Virus record (IMG/VR): IMGVR_UViG_3300011114_001028
Span: 1-59,982 of that record
Direction: 5' to 3' (one strand)
Source of the DNA: a virus
Lineage: Duplodnaviria > Caudoviricetes
DNA length: 59,982 bases
The translations under genes were made by a program, and so were the position numbers. Of the stretch, positions 35,868 through 45,525 are shown piece after piece; positions within the stretch are counted from its first letter, which is position 1, and every line of letters starts with the position of its first letter. The notes under the pieces were generated by a model. That model did not search any database, had not been told where the DNA came from, and saw only the letters and a program-made list of their open reading frames with translations.

Positions 35868-36209
35868 ATGGCAACTATTGTAGAAAATATAACAATTGAA
35901 AAGGGAACTACTTTTAATAAAATTTTTTCAATTATAAATTCTGATGGTAGTGCTTTTGATTTATCAACCTACACATTTTCAGCAAAAATAAAAAAGTGGG
36001 GTGGTGCAACTAATTCAGTTTCTTTTGCAACTACTTATGGATCTAATGCTACTCTGGGAAAATTAACAATCTCATTAACAAATAACCAAACCGGAATTTT
36101 AACCGCAGGGAGAAGTGTTTATGATGTATTAATTACCTCTGGGGTAGGCACAGTTACAAAAATTAGAGAGGGCACTGCAATAATTAGAGAAACTGCATCA
36201 TATCAATAA
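35868..36209 (+). CDS. Ig-like/BppU-N-like virion protein
   Basis: NITIEKGTTF, DLSTYTFSAKIK, AGRSVYDVLIT; CATAAATA at 35848. Confidence 0.7.
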   Translation: MATIVENITIEKGTTFNKIFSIINSDGSAFDLSTYTFSAKIKKWGGATNSVSFATTYGSNATLGKLTISLTNNQTGILTAGRSVYDVLITSGVGTVTKIREGTAIIRETASYQ

Positions 36210-36217
36210 ATATAAAC

Positions 36218-38038
36218 ATGAGTAAATTTAAATCACACAAATCTCCAGAAGAAATTGCAAAGAAACATCGATTAAATGTTTCTTTAATAAATCACCAACT
36301 TCAAATGGGTATTCCAATTGAGCATGAGCATACTCAAAACAAAGAGTTAGCAACTTACATTGCACTTCAACATTTAGATGAAATCCCAGATTACTACACT
36401 CGTCTTAAAAAAATGGAAGCAGATGCTAAAAAAAATCATAAAAAATTTACTGATGTGAAAGAAGATTTACGTAATTGGTTTTCAAAAGATCATCCAGAAG
36501 GAAATTGGAGAAGATATAATACTAAGGGTAAAGCAATTGGTCCTTGTGCTCGTGAACCAGGAGAACCAAAACCAAAATGCTTATCAAATGAAAAAGCAGC
36601 AAAAATGACTCAAAATCAAAGAGCATCTGCAGTAAAAAGAAAGAGAAGGGAAGATCCAGTAGCAGATCGTTCGGGTAAAGGGGGAAAACCAATCATGTCT
36701 TCAAATGAGAATTTCCAATTTCAAAATGTTGTAGAAGAAAAATGTGGTAAAGGAATGTATTGGTGCAATACAAATAAAGAATGTAAACCGCTTCCAACTG
36801 GATTTAATGTTCCTGGACAAAAAATAAAACCAACAGAAGTGGGTATTGGTAAACCAGTGGAAGGTGCATGTAATCATACAAAAAAAGGAAAAACTTGTCC
36901 TACACACGGAAATGAGGATTGTTCGATGAAAGAATCAAAAGATCACGAGTATTCTATGGCTCGTTCTGAGTTATCAACTATCATGAATGCAGCAAAAAGA
37001 TTACAAACAAAAATGAGTAAAGGTGAGGGAAATGTTGAAGCATGGGTGCAATCAAAAATAACTAAAGCAGCAGATTATCTTGATAGTGCTGCAGATTATG
37101 TTGATAGTGGTGAAATGGATGAGGCATGTTGGGTTGGATATAAGCAAGTTGGATTAAAAAAGAAAGGAAAGAAAATGGTGCCAAATTGTGTTCCAGAAGA
37201 ATTGAGTTTTAATGTAGGAAAACCATCAAGAGGTGTTGGTGCATTAACTCCAGATGCAGCTAAGCAATTAGGAACAAAAGCAACTGAATTGCAAAAGAAA
37301 AGAGCAGCAGAAGTAGATCTTCCACCAGTAAAAAAGGAAGAATATACTGGTATTGTTTCCAAAATTTTAGAGCAACTTGATGGGGAAGAAAAATTAAATT
37401 ATTTGGAAGAAAAAAATAAACCCACAAATCCATCGTTGTGGTCAAAAGCAAAATCTCTTGCAAAACAAAAATTTGACGTATACCCAAGTGCTTATGCAAA
37501 TGGATGGGCTTCTAAATGGTATAAATCAAAGGGAGGTGGATGGAAATCTGTAAGTGAAGAAACTATTGAAGAATCTACTTATATGCCATCTAGAAATGGA
37601 CAAGTAATTTCTGTTTTGGTTTCCTGGAGAGGTCTTTCTTATATGATTAAAATGTTTTTTCCACAACCAAGAATTCCAAACAGAAGGGAAGTCAGTGATC
37701 AAATTGAGAAAGTTTACCCAGGTGGTAAAGTATTGATGTTTAAAGTTTCAACAATTCAACCAGGAGAGCCAATTGTTCAAGTAACAGAAGAAACTATAGA
37801 AGAAGTTGCAGCATGGCAAAAAAAAGAGGGAAAAAATCCTGAAGGTGGACTTAATGAAAAAGGTCGAAAATCTTACGAAGCAGAAAACCCAGGAAGTAAT
37901 TTACAAGCACCACAACCACAAGGAGGACCTCGTAAAAAATCTTTCTGTGCTCGTATGGGAGGAATGCCTGGTCCTATGAAAGATGAAAAGGGAAGACCTA
38001 CAAGAAAAGCATTAGCACTAAGAAAGTGGAATTGTTAA
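36218..38038 (+). CDS. Modular basic protein, candidate head-internal polyprotein
   Basis: About 10 short K/R-rich modules separated by hydrophobic-x-E(E) linkers; AATAAATA at 36205. Confidence 0.8.
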   Translation: MSKFKSHKSPEEIAKKHRLNVSLINHQLQMGIPIEHEHTQNKELATYIALQHLDEIPDYYTRLKKMEADAKKNHKKFTDVKEDLRNWFSKDHPEGNWRRYNTKGKAIGPCAREPGEPKPKCLSNEKAAKMTQNQRASAVKRKRREDPVADRSGKGGKPIMSSNENFQFQNVVEEKCGKGMYWCNTNKECKPLPTGFNVPGQKIKPTEVGIGKPVEGACNHTKKGKTCPTHGNEDCSMKESKDHEYSMARSELSTIMNAAKRLQTKMSKGEGNVEAWVQSKITKAADYLDSAADYVDSGEMDEACWVGYKQVGLKKKGKKMVPNCVPEELSFNVGKPSRGVGALTPDAAKQLGTKATELQKKRAAEVDLPPVKKEEYTGIVSKILEQLDGEEKLNYLEEKNKPTNPSLWSKAKSLAKQKFDVYPSAYANGWASKWYKSKGGGWKSVSEETIEESTYMPSRNGQVISVLVSWRGLSYMIKMFFPQPRIPNRREVSDQIEKVYPGGKVLMFKVSTIQPGEPIVQVTEETIEEVAAWQKKEGKNPEGGLNEKGRKSYEAENPGSNLQAPQPQGGPRKKSFCARMGGMPGPMKDEKGRPTRKALALRKWNC

Positions 38039-38044
38039 TTTAGT

Positions 38045-38926
38045 ATGAGTGATAACATTTATCTTGGTAATCCAAATCTAAAAAAAGCAAATACTCCAAT
38101 TGAGTTTACTCAAGAAAATATTGAGGAGTTTATGAAATGTAAAGAAGATCCTGTATATTTTTCAAAAAATTATATTAAAATTGTTTCACTTGACGAAGGA
38201 TTGGTTAATTTTAAACCATATAAATTTCAAGAAAAATTAATTCGAAATTTTCATAATCATAGATTTAATATTTGTAAGATGCCTCGTCAAACGGGGAAAA
38301 GTACTACTGTAGTTTCATATCTTCTTCATTATGCCGTTTTTAATGATAATATTAACATAGCAATTCTTGCAAACAAATCATCTACAGCAAAAGATCTTTT
38401 GGGGAGGTTACAACTTGCATATGAAAATCTTCCAAGATGGATGCAGCAAGGAATTCTTTCTTGGAATAAACAATCATTAGAATTGGAAAACGGATCAAAA
38501 ATTGTTGCTTCATCCACATCAGCATCAGCAGTTCGTGGTGGATCTTATAATATCATATTTTTGGATGAATTTGCTTTTATTCCAAACAATATTGCAGATC
38601 AATTTTTTGCATCTGTATATCCAACAATTTCTTCAGGTAAAAGCACAAAGGTTATTATAGTTTCTACTCCACATGGTATGAATCATTTCTACCGTATGTG
38701 GCATGATGCAGAAAGAAAGCGTAATGAATATGTTCCAGTTGAAGTGCATTGGTCTGAGGTGCCAGGAAGGGATCAGAAATGGAAAGAACAAACAATTGCT
38801 AACACAAGCGAACAACAATTTAAGGTTGAGTTTGAATGTTTGGGAGGTGAAACTAAGATAGAAATACTTGATAGTAAAGGTAATTCTCAAAATATTACTA
38901 TGGAAAAACTCTATCATAGAATGTGA
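38045..38926 (+). CDS. gp17: Large terminase N-terminal half fused to split-intein N part
   Basis: Walker A PRQTGKST, Walker B IIFLDE, VSTPHG; ends EFE-CLGGETKIEIL...LYHRM*. Confidence 0.95.
   Translation: MSDNIYLGNPNLKKANTPIEFTQENIEEFMKCKEDPVYFSKNYIKIVSLDEGLVNFKPYKFQEKLIRNFHNHRFNICKMPRQTGKSTTVVSYLLHYAVFNDNINIAILANKSSTAKDLLGRLQLAYENLPRWMQQGILSWNKQSLELENGSKIVASSTSASAVRGGSYNIIFLDEFAFIPNNIADQFFASVYPTISSGKSTKVIIVSTPHGMNHFYRMWHDAERKRNEYVPVEVHWSEVPGRDQKWKEQTIANTSEQQFKVEFECLGGETKIEILDSKGNSQNITMEKLYHRM
38837..38926 (+). mobile_element. Atypical split intein, IntN (29 aa)
   Basis: Block A CLGGETKIEI directly after extein EFE. Confidence 0.92.
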
Positions 38927-38937
38927 GTTTTTTGGAT

Positions 38938-38945
38938 TATAAATA
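38938..38945 (+). promoter_or_regulatory. Late promoter inside the fractured gp17 locus
   Basis: TATAAATA between the gp17-N stop and the endonuclease ATG. Confidence 0.8.
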
Positions 38946-38954
38946 TTAATAAAA

Positions 38955-39524
38955 ATGTATTATATCTACACACTGAAAGATTTAAACAATACTGTCAAAT
39001 ATGTTGGACAAACTAAAGATCCAACTACTAGAAAAAGAAATCATAAAAATAATAAACCTCAACATATTTTTGAAGTTATAGAAGAAACAAATATTATGAA
39101 AGAAGCAAAAAATTTGGAAATTGGTTATATAAAAAAATTTGATACTTATCAAAATGGATGGAATAAATCTACCGGTGGTGAGGGTTTTGATAATTATAAA
39201 AGAAAAGGAATAGGTGGTGTAGATAAAGGAAATATTCCTTGGAATAAAGGTATTAAAAATTGTTTCTCTCAAGAAACAATAGAAAAAATGAAAAAAAATA
39301 GAAAGGGTAGAGTTTTTAGTAGAAAAATTACTAATGATCAAATAATAGAAATACGAAATCTATATGAAATAAAGCCAAATTTGCCATCGGAAGGATTAAT
39401 TATGAAAAATGGAAAAAAAATGTCATATGTTCAAGCATTTTGTAAAGAATATTCCGATAGTTATAATTTAACATCACAAGGACTTAAAAGAATAGTTTTA
39501 AAGGAGTGTTGGAAAAATGTTTAA
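38955..39524 (+). mobile_element. Free-standing GIY-YIG homing endonuclease
   Basis: YYIYTL...KYVGQT...R...H, E..YIKKF...NGWN, then NUMOD3-like PWNKG...SQETIEKMK and an HTH-like tail. Confidence 0.85.
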
Positions 39525-39825
39525 ACTTAATAAAGATCTATTAATAAAAACTCCTACTGGATTTAAAACTTTTTCTGGAATCCAGAAAATATATAAACCT
39601 TTCTATCATTGGATAATTTTTGATGACGAAACAGAAATAAAATGCTCAGAAAATCATTCATTTGGTAGTGAAAAAATAAAAGCATCTAATATTAAAGTAG
39701 ATGATTTTCTGCAGGGGAAGAAGGTTGTATATAATGAAATAGTAGAGGAGGAAATATACCTTTACGATTTATTAGATGTTGGAGAAGATAATTTATATTA
39801 TTCAAACAATATAATATCACACAAC
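39517..39825 (+). mobile_element. Atypical split intein, IntC (103 aa)
   Basis: Block B IKCSENHSF, block F YLYDLLDV, block G ISHN followed by Cys+1. Confidence 0.92.
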
Positions 39826-40680
39826 TGTGAATTTTTAGGATCAGTTGATACTTTAATTAGTGTTTCAAAATTAAAAACTTTAATATATGAAGATCCAATT
39901 AAAAGTAATAAAGGTTTATCAGTATACAAAGAACCAACAGAAGACTCTAGTTATTTAATTACCGTTGATGTTGCAAGAGGAATTGGTCAAGATTACTCAG
40001 CATTTATTATTTACGATATATCAAATATTCCATATCAAGTTGTCGCAACATATAAAAATAATGAAATAAAACCAATGCTATTTCCAAATATTATACATGA
40101 ATTAGCAAAATCATATAATATGGCATATATTTTAGCAGAGGTTAATGATATTGGAGATCAAGTTGCTTCAATTTTACATTATGACCTCGAATATGAAAAT
40201 GTTTTAATGTGCTCGATGCGTGGAAGAGCTGGACAAATTGTTGGATCTGGATTTAGTGGAAAAAGATCTCAACTTGGAGTAAGAATGACTAAGGCAGTCA
40301 AAAAACTTGGGTGCTCCAATTTAAAAGCTTTGATTGAGGATGATAAACTTCTTACAAGTGATTATAACATTATCAGTGAATTGACAACATTTATTCAAAA
40401 AAACCAATCATTTGAAGCAGAGGAAGGTTGTAATGATGATTTAGCAATGTGTTTGGTTATCTTTTCTTGGTTAGTTGCACAAGATTATTTCAAAGAAATG
40501 ACTGATAATGACGTTCGTAAAAGAATTTATGAGGAGCAAAAAACTCAAATTGAGCAAGACATGGCTCCATTTGGATTCATTGTTGATGGATTAGATGATA
40601 CTAGTTTTGTAGATCAAGATGGAGATAGATGGCATTTAGATGAATATGGAGATAGTTCTTTCATGTGGGACTATAGTTAA
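39517..40680 (+). CDS. gp17: Split-intein C part fused to large terminase C-terminal nuclease half
   Basis: SHN-CEFLGS junction; YLITVDVARGIGQDYSAF, EVNDIG and GCNDDLAM nuclease motifs. Confidence 0.95.
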   Translation: MFKLNKDLLIKTPTGFKTFSGIQKIYKPFYHWIIFDDETEIKCSENHSFGSEKIKASNIKVDDFLQGKKVVYNEIVEEEIYLYDLLDVGEDNLYYSNNIISHNCEFLGSVDTLISVSKLKTLIYEDPIKSNKGLSVYKEPTEDSSYLITVDVARGIGQDYSAFIIYDISNIPYQVVATYKNNEIKPMLFPNIIHELAKSYNMAYILAEVNDIGDQVASILHYDLEYENVLMCSMRGRAGQIVGSGFSGKRSQLGVRMTKAVKKLGCSNLKALIEDDKLLTSDYNIISELTTFIQKNQSFEAEEGCNDDLAMCLVIFSWLVAQDYFKEMTDNDVRKRIYEEQKTQIEQDMAPFGFIVDGLDDTSFVDQDGDRWHLDEYGDSSFMWDYS

Positions 40681-40692
40681 AAACCAGTTAAT

Positions 40693-40700
40693 TATAAATA
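40693..40700 (+). promoter_or_regulatory. Late promoter
   Basis: TATAAATA before gp18; AGGAG RBS downstream. Confidence 0.8.
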
Positions 40701-40737
40701 TTTTTAGATAAAATATGAGACTTCTTAGGAGAAGAAT

Positions 40738-42936
40738 ATGGCAGTAGCTCTTGTTTCACCTGGAATATTAGTAAGAGAAGTTGATCTTACCGTAGGTAGA
40801 GCGGATAATTTTGGAGTTAGTGCTGGCGCAATTGCTGGTCCATTTCAACAAGGACCTGTAGATTTTCCAGTAACAATTACTAATGAGCAAGATTTGCTTT
40901 CAGTATTCGGTAAACCAATTTCATCCGATAATCAATATGAATATTGGTTAAGTGCTTCATCTTTTCTTTCCTACACTGGGATTCTTCAAGTTGTAAGAAC
41001 TGATGGTAGCACATTAAATAACGCAAACGTTGGAGTTGGAATTGCAAGCACAACTTCAGCAAAGATTAAAAATTATGATGACTATCAGCAAAATTACGAG
41101 TCTGCTACAAATTTTTATTATGCAGCAAAAAATCCTGGAACTTGGGCAAATGGTTTAAAACTTTGCTATATCGATGATTTTGCAGATCAAACTTTGGGAA
41201 TTAATACTACCAATCCTGCAAATATTGGAGTTTTGGTTGGAAATGGTGTGACAACCAATTTAACTAATGTAGTTATTGCTGGAACAGGATCTACCTCATT
41301 GTTTACTGGATACTTGAAGGGAATTATTACTGGTGTTAGTACAGATTCTTCTAGTGGAAACAGTAGTTTTTCTGTAAAAGTTGTTTCGAGAGTTTCATCT
41401 GGTGGAACAGAAACTGCAGTTTATTATAGGCAAGGAAGTGACTACGAATTTAAAACATCAAGAACCGCAAGTTTTGTTCAATCAACTAGTGGAATCGTAA
41501 CATATTCTGCGGCAACTCTCACATCAGCAAATGATTGGTATGGAGATCAAACTTTAGGATTGACAAATAGTGTTGTTTACTGGAAATCAATATTAGATAA
41601 ACCTACCACAAACAAATATGTTTCGGATAGAAGTGGTAATGGTGATGCTTTACATATAGTTATAGTTGATGATACTGGAGTAGTAACCGGTATTCAGGGA
41701 AATATTCTTGAAAGACATGCCAATTTATCAAAAGCTTCAGATACAATTTCATCTGCTAATGCTCCAGAAATTGTTTACTATAAAGATTATCTTGCTTTAA
41801 ATTCTGCATATGTATTTGCTGGATATAGTCCATCAAACGCAAATGATGCAATTCAAGGAACTTTCCCAAGAGCAGTAGGTTTCTCGTCAGGATATACTCC
41901 AATAACAACTTCTCAAGGTCTCTGGGGAGGATTAGCACAAAATACTACATTTACAGCAATTGGAAATAAAACATATAACCTTGGTGGTGGTGTAAATTAT
42001 AATGCTTCTAATGGATACACTGCGGCATTATCAAATTTAATTACCTCATATGATCTTTTCAACAACCCAGAAGATATTGATGTTGATGTTTTAATTAATG
42101 GTCCCGGTTTAGCATCAAAAGAAGATTCTCAAGCAAAAGCAAATTATCTAATCAGTATTGCGGAAGCAAGAAAAGATTGTGTTGCTGTAATTTCACCATA
42201 TAGATCTGCTGTTGTTGGAACAAACTTAAACAATACTTCTTCTGCATCTCAAACCACAAACATTGTTACATTCTTTGATTCAATTACATCTTCATCTTAT
42301 GCAATTTTTGATAGTGGTTACAAATACATGTATGACAGATTTAACAATACTTTTAGATATGTGCCATGTAACGCTGATATTGCGGGATTGATGGTTAGAA
42401 CTGATCTAAACCAATTCCCTTGGTTTTCTCCTGCTGGGCAACAACGAGGAGTGTTTAACAATGCAGTTAAACTTGCATACAATCCAAGTAAGTCTCAAAG
42501 AGATTCACTTTATGTTGCTAGAGTCAATCCTGTAATTCTTCAACCAGGAATTGGAGTATTACTTTTTGGTGACAAAACTGGATTAGCATACAATTCAGCG
42601 TTTGATAGAATTAATGTTAGAAGACTTTTCCTAACTCTTGAAAAGAGTCTTACAAATGCTGCAAAAGCACAATTGTTTGAATTTAACGATGAAGTTACAA
42701 GAGCAAACTTTGTAAATATTGTAGAACCATTTCTCCGTGATGTCCAAGCAAAACGAGGAATTTATGATTTCTTAGTAATTTGCGATACTACTAATAACAC
42801 ACCAGATGTTATTGATAACAACGAATTTAGGGCTGATATTTATATCAAACCTGCAAAATCAATCAACTTTGTAAGTCTGACATTTGTTGCTACCCGTACG
42901 GGTGTGAGCTTTAGTGAAGTAGCTGGTAGAGTTTAA
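40738..42936 (+). CDS. gp18: Tail sheath protein
   Basis: SPGILVREVDLT, PWFSPAG, FDRINVRRLF, FEFNDEVTR. Confidence 0.97.
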   Translation: MAVALVSPGILVREVDLTVGRADNFGVSAGAIAGPFQQGPVDFPVTITNEQDLLSVFGKPISSDNQYEYWLSASSFLSYTGILQVVRTDGSTLNNANVGVGIASTTSAKIKNYDDYQQNYESATNFYYAAKNPGTWANGLKLCYIDDFADQTLGINTTNPANIGVLVGNGVTTNLTNVVIAGTGSTSLFTGYLKGIITGVSTDSSSGNSSFSVKVVSRVSSGGTETAVYYRQGSDYEFKTSRTASFVQSTSGIVTYSAATLTSANDWYGDQTLGLTNSVVYWKSILDKPTTNKYVSDRSGNGDALHIVIVDDTGVVTGIQGNILERHANLSKASDTISSANAPEIVYYKDYLALNSAYVFAGYSPSNANDAIQGTFPRAVGFSSGYTPITTSQGLWGGLAQNTTFTAIGNKTYNLGGGVNYNASNGYTAALSNLITSYDLFNNPEDIDVDVLINGPGLASKEDSQAKANYLISIAEARKDCVAVISPYRSAVVGTNLNNTSSASQTTNIVTFFDSITSSSYAIFDSGYKYMYDRFNNTFRYVPCNADIAGLMVRTDLNQFPWFSPAGQQRGVFNNAVKLAYNPSKSQRDSLYVARVNPVILQPGIGVLLFGDKTGLAYNSAFDRINVRRLFLTLEKSLTNAAKAQLFEFNDEVTRANFVNIVEPFLRDVQAKRGIYDFLVICDTTNNTPDVIDNNEFRADIYIKPAKSINFVSLTFVATRTGVSFSEVAGRV

Positions 42937-42959
42937 TTTAATTAACGGAGATTAAAACA

Positions 42960-43556
42960 ATGGCAATTCCAATTAGAAAGATCACAGATTTTAAAGGTCA
43001 ACTTACTGGGGGTGGTGCAAGAAGCAACCTTTTTGAAGTTGAAATGGCTTTTCCCTCAGATTTATCAACTGTTGCTGGTAATGAAGTTTTGACAAAAAGT
43101 AGATACCTTTGTAAAACTGCTAATCTTCCAGCATCCACTGTAGCACCAATTGATGTACCATTTAGAGGAAGAATTTTAAAAGTTGCTGGAGATCGAACGT
43201 TTGATCCTTGGACAATTACTATTATTAACGATACAGACTTTAAAATTCGCCATGCTTATGAGAGCTGGGCAAACATTTTGAGTAAGTTGGATAACAATAC
43301 TGGGTATATTGATCCAGCAAGTTATCATGCGGATATGGTAATTTACCAACTTGGAAGAGATGTTGATGGAACAAAGAAAAGTGGTGCCACTGGAAACGTT
43401 TCAACATTAAGAAGTTATAAACTTTTTGGAACTTTCCCAACTTCAGTAAGTGCAATTGATGTTTCTTATGATTCAACAAATGCGATTGAAGAATTTACTG
43501 TGGAACTTCAAGTTTTATACATGGAAATCAATGATGGTCCTGGTACACTCGCATAA
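42960..43556 (+). CDS. gp19: Tail tube protein
   Basis: GGARSNLFEV, FRGRILKVAGDRTFDPWTITI, IEEFTVE. Confidence 0.96.
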   Translation: MAIPIRKITDFKGQLTGGGARSNLFEVEMAFPSDLSTVAGNEVLTKSRYLCKTANLPASTVAPIDVPFRGRILKVAGDRTFDPWTITIINDTDFKIRHAYESWANILSKLDNNTGYIDPASYHADMVIYQLGRDVDGTKKSGATGNVSTLRSYKLFGTFPTSVSAIDVSYDSTNAIEEFTVELQVLYMEINDGPGTLA

Positions 43557-43588
43557 ATAAGATATCAAAACATAATTAACTTTACAAT

Positions 43589-45232
43589 ATGGCAAATCTT
43601 TTTGGATTTTCGATTGAGGATAATAATCGTTTACCAAAATCTGCGACATCTCCAGTACCTCCCAATAGTGAAGATGGAGTTGAGCATTTTGTAAGTAGTG
43701 GATTTTATGGACAATATGTAGATATTGAGGGAGTATATCGTACTGAAGCTGATTTGATTAAAAGATATCGTGAGATGTCTTTGCATCCAGAATGCGATAT
43801 GGCAATTGAAGATGTTGTAAATGAAGCGATTGTGAGCGATTTGTATGATACTCCCGTACAAATTGATCTCACAAATCTAAATGCAAGTGATGGAATCAAA
43901 AAAATTATTCGTAAAGAATTTGATTACATTAAATCACTTTTAGATTTTGATAAAAAAAGTCATGAAATTTTTAGAAATTGGTACATAGATGGAAGAATTT
44001 ATTATCATAAAATTGTAGATTTGAAAGATACTGAATCTGGTATTCAAGAATTGAGATTTATGGATGCCATTAAAGTAAAACATGTGCGTCAACTCAAAAA
44101 AAGTGGAAAAATACTTAGTGGTATTGATAGAGCTCAAGGGAATAGTCCATTAGCAAGTTTTCCGGAAATTGAAGAATATTTCATATACACTCAACAAGAA
44201 AAATATCCAAATACTTTACAATCTGTAGATCAGTCAATCAAAATTGCAAAAGATGCAATTACTTGTTGCACTTCTGGATTGGTTGATAGAAATAAAGGTA
44301 ATGTACTTTCATGGCTTCATAAAGCAATCAAATCCCTCAATCAACTAAGAATGATTGAAGATAGTCTTGTAATCTATCGCCTTTCTCGTGCTCCTGAAAG
44401 AAGAATTTTTTATATTGATGTTGGAAATCTTCCTAAAATTAAAGCGGAGCAATATCTTCGTGATGTAATGCAACGTTATCGCAATAAACTTGTTTATGAT
44501 GCACAAACAGGTGAAATTCGTGATGATAAAAAACATATGTCCATGATGGAAGATTTTTGGTTACCTCGTCGTGAAGGTGGTAGAGGAACTGAAATTACTA
44601 CACTTCCTGGTGGTCAAAATCTTGGAGAATTGGCTGACATTCAATATTTTCAGAAGAAACTTTTTCAATCATTAAATGTACCATCATCAAGACTTGCTGG
44701 GGATGGTGGATTCAATATGGGTCGTTCATCAGAAATTTTAAGAGATGAATTAAAATTTAGTAAATTTGTAGGAAGACTTAGAAAAAGATTTAGTGGAATT
44801 TTCAGTGATATTCTTAGAACTCAATTAATTCTTAAAAATGTCATCACTCCAGAAGACTGGGATAAGATGAGTCAGCATATTCAATATGATTTTCTTTACG
44901 ATAATCATTTTTCAGAATTGAAAGAAGCAGAACTTTTAACGGAAAGATTAAATCTTGTTGTTGCTGCAGAACCTTATGTTGGAAAATATTATTCTCAAGA
45001 TTATATGAGGCGTAGAATTTTACGTCAAACTGATGAAGATATTATTGAGCAAGATCAATTAATTAAACAAGAAATTGAAGATGGTATTATACCAGATCCA
45101 AGTATTCCCGTAGATCCCATGACTGGAATGCCTATGGAAACTAGTGGAGAATTGTTAGGTAAAGTACCAAAAGAACCAGATATGGAGTCCCAAGCAAAGG
45201 TTGTTGAAATTCCAAAAGGCGGAGAGATATAA
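43589..45232 (+). CDS. gp20: Portal protein
   Basis: YRLSRAPERRIFYIDVGNLP and EDFWLPRREGGRGTEITTLPGG; CATAAATA at 43552. Confidence 0.98.
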   Translation: MANLFGFSIEDNNRLPKSATSPVPPNSEDGVEHFVSSGFYGQYVDIEGVYRTEADLIKRYREMSLHPECDMAIEDVVNEAIVSDLYDTPVQIDLTNLNASDGIKKIIRKEFDYIKSLLDFDKKSHEIFRNWYIDGRIYYHKIVDLKDTESGIQELRFMDAIKVKHVRQLKKSGKILSGIDRAQGNSPLASFPEIEEYFIYTQQEKYPNTLQSVDQSIKIAKDAITCCTSGLVDRNKGNVLSWLHKAIKSLNQLRMIEDSLVIYRLSRAPERRIFYIDVGNLPKIKAEQYLRDVMQRYRNKLVYDAQTGEIRDDKKHMSMMEDFWLPRREGGRGTEITTLPGGQNLGELADIQYFQKKLFQSLNVPSSRLAGDGGFNMGRSSEILRDELKFSKFVGRLRKRFSGIFSDILRTQLILKNVITPEDWDKMSQHIQYDFLYDNHFSELKEAELLTERLNLVVAAEPYVGKYYSQDYMRRRILRQTDEDIIEQDQLIKQEIEDGIIPDPSIPVDPMTGMPMETSGELLGKVPKEPDMESQAKVVEIPKGGEI

Positions 45233-45268
45233 TTCATAAATACAAACATAACAACTACATCTATAAAA

Positions 45269-45490
45269 ATGGAAGAGTTAATGGATATTATTGCGACTAA
45301 TGAATCACCATCACAAGTAAGTGATAAAATTAAAGATTTACTTTTTTCAAAATCTGCAGAAAGACTTGAAAATATGAGATCCGCAGTTGCCTCACAATTA
45401 TTTGGTGAAAATGAAAGTGAGGAAGAAACTGATGAAACTGAAGATGAATATGAAGATGAATATGAAGAAGATGAGAATGAAGATAATTAA
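45269..45490 (+). CDS. Small acidic prohead core protein (gp67-like by position)
   Basis: Follows gp20; very acidic tail; CATAAATA at 45235. Confidence 0.65.
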   Translation: MEELMDIIATNESPSQVSDKIKDLLFSKSAERLENMRSAVASQLFGENESEEETDETEDEYEDEYEEDENEDN

Positions 45491-45525
45491 TTATATTATA
45501 AATAATTAATAAACTTATTGTACAT

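Noticed and set aside
38837-39825. gp17 break as a pseudogene, frameshift or group I intron
   Set aside because: Complete intein blocks A, B, F and G with Cys1 and HN/Cys+1 explain the break; both halves keep intact catalytic motifs
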